Shown piece by piece: positions 54,860 to 64,000 of a DNA stretch of 64,000 nt. A model generated the notes under the pieces. That model did no database searches. It saw only the letters and a program-made list of their open reading frames with translations, and was not told the DNA's origin. Both the position numbers and the translations under genes were made by a program. Each line of letters opens with the position of its first letter. Position 1 is the first letter of the stretch. The stretch spans positions 21,536,629 through 21,600,628 of the forward strand of contig NC_081391.1 in NCBI RefSeq assembly GCF_030684315.1, in the 5' to 3' direction. This stretch comes from Stegostoma tigrinum (taxonomy: Eukaryota).

Positions 54860-57800
54860 ATGGGCAGCCTGTGGCGCCTGTTACCGGGACGTTGCCGCCT
54901 CCTCCTGGTCGCACCTCGGCACCCCGGCCTGCCGGGCCTGTCTTGCTCCCTCTTCGCCGCCCGGACACAGCTGCGGGTCCAGGGGGGGTCTCAGGGCCCG
55001 CGGAGATGGGGGTCTCAGGGCCCGCGGAGATGGGGCCACAGCCGCCAGGACTACCCGAGGGAATGTGAGGAAGGCATCAACAGACAGATCAACCAGGAGC
55101 TCACCGCCTCCTACGTCTACCTGTCCATGGTGAGCGGGGATCCAGCAGATCCCAAGAACTCCAGCACACCTCAGTGGGCAATACAGCACATCCCATTTCC
55201 TCCAGCAGGTCTTTTTTGATCCAGTATGTCACATTAGGGCATCCAGTGGATCCCATTCACCCCAGCACACCCAGTGGAGAATCCAGTAGATTTCCATTCA
55301 CCCCAGCACACCCAGTGGAGAATCCAGTAGATTTCCATTCACTCCAGCACACTTTAGTGGGGAATCCAGTGGATTCCATCCACTCCAGCACACCCAGTGG
55401 AGAATCCAGTCGATTTTCATTCACTCCAGCACACTTTAGCGGGGAATCCAGTGGATTCCATCCACTCCACACCCAGTGGAGAATCCAGTAGATTTCCATT
55501 CACTCCAGCACACCCAGCGGGGAATCCAATAGATTCCATTCACTCCAGCACACCCCTTGGAGAATCCAACAGATTCCATTCACTCCGCACAACCAGTAGG
55601 GAATCCAGCAGATTCCATTCACTCCACACCCCAGTGGGAAATGCAGCTTATCCTATTCATTCCGCATCCCAGCAGGAAATCCAGCAGATCCCACTCATGC
55701 CAGCACTTTTCATTAGGGAAATTCAGCAGATCCTCACTGCCTCGTGCATAACGGGGCCAAATCCTGGCCCATCCTGTTCACTCCACCATGTTCCAGCAGA
55801 GAGCCTAGCGCATTCCCATGCAGTACAGCCAATTCCAGCAAGGAATCTCAGCTCAACCAAGGATAAAATCCCGAAGATTCCAATATATCTCAGGAGAGAA
55901 CCCAAGCATGTACTCACTGTCTGATAAGTCCCAGAAAGGAATCCCAGCACACCCAGAAGACCTCAAGGGAAAATCCTGCCAGTCATTGTTCAACTCAACA
56001 CATGCCAGGAGGGAAACCCAGCACCAAACCCAGTACATTAAGGAAAGAATCCAGCAGATACCATTCAGCCTAACATTTCCCTGGAGAGAAATCCCAGGAG
56101 AGAATCAGGCATGTCCCATTCAAAACAATGTATACTGGTGCAGTGTACAGAGCCCAGGGCATGTCACTAGGAATTCCAGCACATCGCTGTAGTAAATTTC
56201 ACACATCACATTTGAGAAACCATGGCCTTCTGCATGGCATAGCATATCCCACACCCCCACACCCACCAAGTAATATCTCCCCCACCTCAGTTCCCCCAAC
56301 AGTAAATCCCAACAAATCCTCACTGGCTGACATCACTTCCCAGCAGGAAATTCTAGCAGGCCCCCACCAGCTAGCACATCCCAGCAAGGCATGCCAGTAT
56401 TTTCTTACATCTTGAGAATAACAACCATCACATTGCCTACAGTATAGATTATGTCAGTTTCAATGCGGAAGTAGCAAGGCTCCACAGTACCAAGAGAAAT
56501 ATCTAGTGCTACTTATACAATAGAACTTTATCCAATCAGCGCAACAAGAAACTCAGCATATCTCCTTTCAATCAAAACACGTGCCCTCCAACAATTCCAG
56601 CATCTTCCTTCAGTTTCCCAACCCAAAATATAAAATCAGTTTGGCTGGAGTTGGGGGATATAGGAAAAACATCACTGCTGGGAATGGTTTATATCACTAA
56701 CAATAGTTAAAAGTCTAGTTCAGAGTGTGTAACACTATTATTCAAGAAAGGGCAGAGCCAAAATGCAGGAAACTATTGCCTAAGGTTGGGAAATTGCAAG
56801 AATTCCCAAAGTAGCAGGTCATTTAGAACATCATAATGCAATCAGACAGAGCCAACATGTTTTTGTAAAAAGGAAACTGACAGATTTATTACAGCTGTTG
56901 GTGAATGTTACATGTAAAGAAGGTGGGAACAATATTTGGATGTATAAAATGCTGAGGTGATACGTTAGCATGGATAGAGGGAAGTGACAGCGTGGTGGTA
57001 TTATCACTGGACAGTAACTCCATTGACTCGGTATTAATCCATCATGGTGGTTCAGTGGTTAACACTGCACCCTCACAGTGTCAAGGACCAAAATTCAGTT
57101 CCATCCTGGGCGACTTCTCTGTGTTGAGTTTGCACATTCTCCCAATATCTCCATGGATTCCCTCTGGGTGCTCCACTTTCCTCCCAAAGTCCAGAGATGT
57201 GCAGTTTAAGTGGATTAGCCGTGCTAAATTATTCCATACTGTCCAGGGAAGTGCATTCTGGGTGGATTCGCAATGGGAAATGGAGGAATACAGGGAGAGG
57301 ATGGGCTGGATCTGAGTGGGATGCTCTTTGGAGGATCAGTGATTGATTGGCTTGATTGGAGGAACTTGATTGGCTGAATGGCCTGCTTCCACACTGTAAG
57401 GATTCTACAATCTAGAGAATGTTCTGGGGACCTGGGTTCAAATCCCACCATGACAGATAGGGGAATTTGAATTCAGTACAAGTCTGGAATTAAGAGTCTA
57501 ATGACAACCGTGAATCCTTTGTCAGTTGTTGGGAAAAAGACCATTTGGTTTACTAATTACCATCCTTACCTGGCTGACATGTGACTCCAGACCCATAGCA
57601 ATGTGGTTGACTTTTGACTCAATTAGGGATGGGGTGATAAATGCTGGCTGTGCATGTGACTCCCCCAATCCTGTGAATGAATAATAAGAGAAAAGGATTG
57701 CTTGACAAACAAGAAACAAGAGTCAGAATAAAAGCTCATTTTCAGACTGGTGAACTATCATGTAGTCAGATAACACAGAACCAGTGCTGAGGCTTCAATT

Positions 57801-60800
57801 ATTTGCAGTCACTATTAGTCACTTGAATGAAAGGTCAGTCTGTATTGTAGTTAGATTTACTGATAAGATTAGGGTAGGTAGGAAAGCTAGGTCTGAGAAG
57901 GGTAGAAGGATTTAAAAAGATATTGAAAGGTAAAATTACAGAGTATAACGTGGGAAAATGTGAGGCTGTCCACTTCAATAGAAGAATAGAAAAGCTAAAT
58001 ATTACTTAAATGGGAGAGAGTGTAGAAAGCTACATTACAGAGGGATCAGGATCATATATGAATCACAAAAGTGAGCATCGAATTACAGCAAGTAATTGTG
58101 AAGGCAATGGAACATTAGCCTTTATTGGAAAGAGGATGGAGTATTTAAAAAAACAAAATTGTGCTACATTGGTACCCGCTGTAGGATATGATTTTACTGT
58201 CAATATTGAAGGAACAATATACTTGCATTGAAAGCAATTCAGTGAAGATTTGCTGGTCTGATTTGTTTGGATAAAGGGAACAAAAACAGAAATTTGCTGG
58301 AAAAGCTCAGCATGCCTGGCAGGATCTGTGGAGGGAAATCACGTCAATGTTTCAGGTCAAGTGACCCTTCCTCAGTGCAAATGAAAAAAGGGATTTTGTC
58401 TTACAAGGAAGGGTTGAGCTGCACTCATTGGAGTTTGGAAGAAATCAGTGATCTTATTGGAATGTAAGATTCTGAGCACATCTGGGAGGGTGGATAGTGA
58501 AAGGATGGTTTTTTTTTCTAGTGGGGATGTGGAGCCAGGGGTCACAGTTTCAAAATATAGAGTCACACTTAAAATAAAAAGAGAACGTGCTGAAGAAACT
58601 CAGAAAATCCGATAGCACTCGTGGAGAGCATTAGCATTTCGAGTGTGATACAACTTGTCTTCGAAAAAGAGAATCAGCAGCATTTTGAAAAGGCAAATTG
58701 GGCAGGACTTGTACACTTAATGGTAGGGTTCTGGGGAGTGTTGCTGAACAAAGAGACCTTAGAGTGCAGACTCGTAGTTCATTGAAATTGGAGTCACAGG
58801 TAGACAGGATAGTGAAAAAGGCATTTGAAATGCTTGCCTTTAGTGGTCAGTACATTGAGTACTGGAGTTGGCACGGTATGTTTTAGCTGTACAGGACATT
58901 AGGCCACTTTTGGAATGTTCTGTTCACTTCTGGTCTCCCTGCTACAGGAAGAATGATGTGAAACTTGAAGGAGTTCAGAAAAGATTTAAAAGGATGTTGC
59001 CTGAGTTGGAGGGTTGTGCTATAGGGAGAGACTGAATAGCCTTGGGCTATTTTCCCTGGACTGTTGGAGGCTGAAGGGTGACCTTATAGAGGTTTATAAA
59101 ATCAAGAGAGGCGCGGATAGGTTGAATAACTAAGTTGTTTTCCCCTAAATGAGGGAGTCCAGAACTAGAGGGCATAGGTTTAAGGTGAGAGGGGAAAGAT
59201 GTAAAGGGGACTTAAGGGGCAACTTTTTTTACACCGAGGGTGGTGCGTGTTGGGAATGAGCTGCCAGAGGAAGTGGTGGAGGCTGGTACAATTACAGCAT
59301 TTAAAAGGCATTTGGACGCGTATATCAATAGGAAGGTTTAGAGGAATATGGGCTAAATGCTGGCAAATGAGACTAGATTAATTTAGGATATCTGGTTGAC
59401 ATGGGCAAGGTGGGCTGAAGGGTCTGTTTCCATGCTGTACCGCTCTATTGATAAATTGAAGAATTGATAATGATTATAGTGATGAATCAAAGTGTCGATC
59501 CAGTCTAGGTGTTAATGGCAGATTAATGGGCTGTTGTGGTGTGGTGGCAGTGTCGCTGTCTCTGAGTCAGGAGGCTTGGGTTTAAGTCCCACCTACTCTA
59601 AAGATGTGTAATAATATCTATGAACAGGATGATTAGAAAATATAGACCCAGGGTTGGTGCTAGTGACAGATTTATGGACCCTTGTCATGCAGGTCTAGTG
59701 TCCCTATCTTTGAGTTAGAAGGACCAGGTTCTAGTCCCATCTACACAAAGGTGTATCATAACATGACCAGACAGGCTAAACACAAAACAACAGTAATGGT
59801 GAATCAAACGTTATCTCTGACCAAAAACAAGGATATGAAACAAGCTGAAGGCACAGAGATAGAGAATCAATAGTTTTTGAAATTCTTTTCCACAAAGAAC
59901 GTCAGAGATTGGATCATTGAATATATTCAAGGTTACTTTAGAAGTATTTTTGACTGGCAAAGAATTAAAATGGACTGACAGAAAAGTGTACTTAAGGTCA
60001 CAATTAGCTCACTGATGATCCTATCAATTGGTGCAACAGGCTCAGTGGGCCAAATGGCATACTCCTGTTCCCATCCCGTGTAATCTTACGATCATTAACT
60101 CTCAACTCCAGTACATATTCATATTCGATCCTCATATGCCCTTGTACAACCCTAGGACATCAGATAATCTTCTTCATAGCCAGCAGATTTGACAAATTAT
60201 AAAGCAACATGTAATCTCATTGATTTGCATTAATCATAGGACAGGGCATGGTTTAAAATGGAAGTTTTAAATCATGCTAAATAATTAAAGATATTAGAAA
60301 GTATTTCTTGAGAGCATTGAGGCCTAAAATAATTGAGACTAAATCCAGCATAGTATTTTTTTTAATTGAGAACAGGATAAATATAACATGAAAAGAAAAT
60401 ACTATGATGGCTGGAAATCTGAAATGACAAATAGCAAGGGCTAGAAAGCACCCAGGAGGTCGGGTAGTACCTGGATAGAGATTGAGAATTAGCTTTTAAG
60501 TTTACTGACAATTAAATATGTGACCTTGGTCTTAGCTGTGCTCTCTAACTGGATTCTCAGCTTTCTGACCCATAGACCACAATCAGTGAGGATAGGTAAC
60601 TGCACCACCTCCACAATAACTCCAAACACTGGAGTTCCCCAAGGATGTGTCCTTGGCCCCCTACTGTATTCCCTGTACACCTACTACTGTGTTGCCAAAT
60701 TCTGAACGAATGCCACCTACAGGTTCACTGAAGAGACCGTGTAGTGGGACTGATGGCTAACAACGATAAGTCAAAACCCAGAAGGGAGATGGAGGGCTTG

Positions 60801-63800
60801 CTGATGTGGTGCAATGAAAACAATCTGTCTCTGAACATCAGCAAAACTAAAGAACTGATCATTGACTCCAAGAACAAAAGAGGAGAATATGCCTCCATCC
60901 ACATCAGTGGAACAGAGGCTAAGAGAGTGAAGAGCGTCAAGTTCCTAAGAGTGACAATAACCGGCAGCCTGTCCTGGACTCCCCATGTAAATGCAACAGT
61001 TAAGAAGGCACAATAACACCTCTTCTTCCTCAGGCGGCTCAGGAAATTTGGCATGTCCATAAGGTCCCTTGTCAACTTCTATAGATGCATCATTGAAAGC
61101 ATAATGTCCAGGTGCATGTTGAACAGCTACTTCTTCACCATTGAATAGACTCTAGTCTCAAATAATTTAACCTGTACATCTTTTTGACCTGTACATCCTT
61201 TGCTTACTGTGATCTGCCTGTACCATTCTTAAACAAAGCTTTTCACTGTATTTCAGTACATGTGACAATAAAATCAATCAATCAATCATCCAAACTTGAA
61301 GATGTTGAAGACTGGTCATCATTAAGTGGAGACAAAACATGACTGTAAATTGAATTAAAATCATACAAATAGTTATACAAATTATACAAATAGTTGTAAA
61401 CTGTGTAGATTTACATTGAAGGGCTTATGTCAGCTCATACTCAACTAAGGCTGGCTTTTTCTTTTCAATTTCCTATACTTGTTTATAAAGAAGTGTCATA
61501 TTGTCTTGCGTATAATATTGTTATTAACTCTAATAGTTGCAAAATGCTGCAGAACCTCCAGGAGCAGGTGGATGTAATTGCAGTATGACATGTTTACATT
61601 CAAAATTTAGAAACATAAAAGATTGGAGCAGGAGAAGGCCATTCAGCCCTTTGAGCCTGCTCCAACATTCTTCACGATCATGGCTGATCATCCAACTCAA
61701 TAGCCTAATCCTGCTTTCTCCCCAAAACTTTGATCCTATTCGCCCCCGGTGATATATGTAGTGGCCTGTTCAATACGTTCACTCTTTTGGCATCAACTAC
61801 TTCCCGTGGTAATGAATTCCACAGGCTCACTGCTCTTTGGGTGAAGAAATGTCTCCTCATCTCTATCCTAAATTGAATATCCCAAAACCTCAGACTGTGA
61901 CCCCTGGTCTTGACGCACCCAACGTCGGGAACATTCTCCCTGCATCTACTCTATCCAGTCCTGTTAGAATGTTATAGGTCTCTGTGAGATCCCCCTCATT
62001 TTTCTGAACTCCAGTGAAAACAATCCCAACCTATTCAATCTCTCCTCATATGTTAGACCCGCCATCCCCAAAGTCAATGCGGTAAACCTTCACCACACCC
62101 TCACAAACCTTCAGCCATGATCGTAAAGAATGTCAGAGCATGACTCAAAGGGCTGAATGGCCTCCTCTTGCTCTTTACGTTTCTAAATTCTGAATATAAA
62201 CATCACTGCAGTCACATCCTCCTACTACTGGAGGTTCTGCAGCATTTCCAACTACTACAAAGAGCAAGAGCATCCTTCCTCAGAAAAGGAGACCAAAACT
62301 GCACACGATATTTCCAGCTGTGGTCTCACCGGTGGCTGTACAACTGCAACAACACATCCCTGCTCCTGTACTCGAAACCTCTTGCATTGAAGGTCAACAT
62401 ACCATTTCCCTTCTTTATCGTCTGCTGCATCTGCATGTTTACGTTCAGTAACTTCTGCACAAGCTATGAACTGACATAAGTCCTTCAACGCAAGCCTACA
62501 CAGCTTACACATATTTGTATAACTTCCAATTTTAATTCAAATTATAGTCATGTTTTGTCTCTACTCAATGATGATCAGTCTCCAACATCTTCCAGTTTAG
62601 ATTATTGATTAATTGATTTTATTGTTACGTGTACCAAAATACAGTGAAAAGCTTCGTTTATGAGCGGTACAGGCAGATCACAGTTAGCTAATGATGTACA
62701 GATCACAAAGGTTTAGAGGCATACAGGTTACATTGTTTGAGGCTCAAACCCATTCAACAGTTTCATTGTTGAAGAAGAAATTTTATAGCTCCTTTCTCAA
62801 CCTCAGGACATTCGAAAACACATAACAGCCAGTGAAGTGTTTTGCTGATGATTAGTCACTTATGCAGGAAATATGGGTCACCTTTTCCTTAAAGCAAGCT
62901 TAAACACAATCACAAGTGACTAAACAATGAACTACGGATGATGGAAATCTCAAACAAAAAGAAGAAATTGCTAGAGAAACTTAGCAGGTCGGGAGAGAAG
63001 ACAGAGTTAACATTTGGAGACCAGTTCTGAGAACAGATCACCGGACTTGAAATGTTAACTCTGCATTTCCTCTCTACTGAATTACCTGTCTGATTTACAA
63101 GTTATGGTGGAAAGATAAATACTGGCTGGGAAACAAGGGATAGCAGCCCTGGTCTTTGAACTATGGTAAAACCATTGGGTTCTTCGTGTGCACCTGAGGG
63201 AATTTTGCAAAGGAAGATGTCGCTTTGGAAAACTCCCTGAGATAAATGTAAATAACTACAATGGACATGTCTCCTCTCTGGAGAAAAATTCAAACCACAA
63301 TCTTCTGACTGGGGTCAGTGTGAAATGCCGGTACAAAGCTGACATGTACTTGTACCAAGAAGATTGTGGGATTGTCTCTCGAAGGCTTAAATATTTCGTA
63401 GTCTGCTCTGACTAGGTAGTGAATGGTAGAGTGTTGACAGGGTGACCATGAATGAATGGTGAGGTATATTCGTGTTGGGATGGCATGTGCCTTGGTGTTT
63501 TAAATATTGTCATCGCCTGCTGTTTTTATCTGCCTCAGTCGTACTACTTTGACCGGGAAGATGTTGCTTTGCGCAACTTTGCCAAGTTCTACTTGGAGCA
63601 GTCACTTGAGGAACAGAAACATGCAGAGATGTTGATGAAGTTCCAGAATCTGCGTGGTGGCCGTATCATCTTCTCGGACATCAAGGTTAGTGGGCAAGAG
63701 CTGTCTCTACCCTCTTCACTGTTCCAATGGCTTCTCCCTAATGTTAAGCGATTTGGTTCAAGTCCATTGACCCAATTATCTTTATTCATAGAAACCCAGC

Positions 63801-63917
63801 CGGGATGAATGGGGCAATGGCTTGGAAGCGATGGAGCAGGCCCTGGAGCTGGAGAAAACGGTGAACCAGTCTATCCTGAATCTACACAAAGTGGCATCCG
63901 AGCAGAAAGATCTTGTT
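54860..63917 (+). CDS. Ferritin F with 56-aa N-terminal extension, candidate mitochondrial ferritin, partial (exon 4 beyond window); exons 54860-55129, 63539-63685, 63792-63917
   Basis: Exon 1 [16 protein letters not shown]...[29 protein letters not shown] then GT; exon 2 [14 protein letters not shown]...SDIK; exon 3 [14 protein letters not shown]...KDLV. Exon sizes 147/126 match the paralogues, and I saw no other ferritin exon between exons 1 and 2. Confidence 0.88.
55140..55710. repeat. Minisatellite, about 40-bp unit (atccagtagatttccattcactccagcacacccagtggaga), about 11 recognisable copies
   Basis: Unit starts at 55241, 55281, 55322, 55364, 55404, 55446 and onward; degenerate on both sides. 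Confidence 0.9.
60520..61290 (+). mobile_element. Rex1/Babar-type LINE RT fragment with 3' UTR ending (TCAA)n
   Basis: Encodes [17 protein letters not shown]...[19 protein letters not shown] and [20 protein letters not shown]. Confidence 0.85.
61610..62460 (-). mobile_element. CR1-type LINE 3' fragment
   Basis: Minus remnant of [23 protein letters not shown] type, with 3' end gagcaggagaaggccattcagccc. Confidence 0.7.
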
Positions 63918-64000
63918 GTGAGTTGGGCAGACGTTGCCAAACCCTAGCCACTCTGAATTGGTGTATACATTTGTTGCCCTCAGAAGTGAAAAGGTTCTGT

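Noticed and set aside
54860-54920. Ferritin F leader as a secretory signal peptide
   Set aside because: Longest hydrophobic run is LLLVA, flanked by Arg and Pro; fits a mitochondrial presequence better, though untested.
54470-55219. Overlapping GC-rich ORFs (54573-54968 -, 54748-55068 +, 54783-55133 +) as separate genes
   Set aside because: Expected from stop-codon scarcity in a CpG island; only the 54860 frame runs into ferritin sequence.
55357-55383. Hairpin gtgg-ggaatc-CAGTG-gattcc-at-ccac resembling an IRE
   Set aside because: Five-nt loop, no bulged C, intronic, and a by-product of the minisatellite unit.
55241-55640. Regular 40-bp repeats as a CRISPR array
   Set aside because: Head-to-tail units without unique spacers, no cas genes, eukaryotic intron.
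55174-55924. ORFs with repeated ENPVDFHS-like peptides
   Set aside because: Translations of the intronic minisatellite.

Overview
Eukaryotic genomic DNA, most likely from a shark or other elasmobranch (inferred from HE1/V-SINE, CR1, Rex1 and Penelope repeats). The window holds a cluster of six intron-containing ferritin genes, here labelled A-F, with the vertebrate 4-exon, phase-0 layout (coding exons about 102/147/126/150 nt). A-D are near-identical tandem M/H-type ferritins on the + strand. A lacks exon 1 in this window, and B has lost its promoter and ATG to a Penelope fragment. E is a divergent intact gene on the - strand with substituted ferroxidase and iron-channel residues. F sits at a CpG island and carries a 56-aa Arg-rich, acid-free N-terminal extension typical of a mitochondrial presequence. 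F is the main finding: a candidate intron-containing mitochondrial ferritin, structurally unlike the intronless mammalian FTMT. No canonical iron-responsive element is visible in any 5' UTR present. The rest is retroelement debris, including many fold-back Penelope insertions with hammerhead ribozyme cores and one roughly 2-kb palindrome. Coordinates were read by eye and repeat boundaries are approximate.
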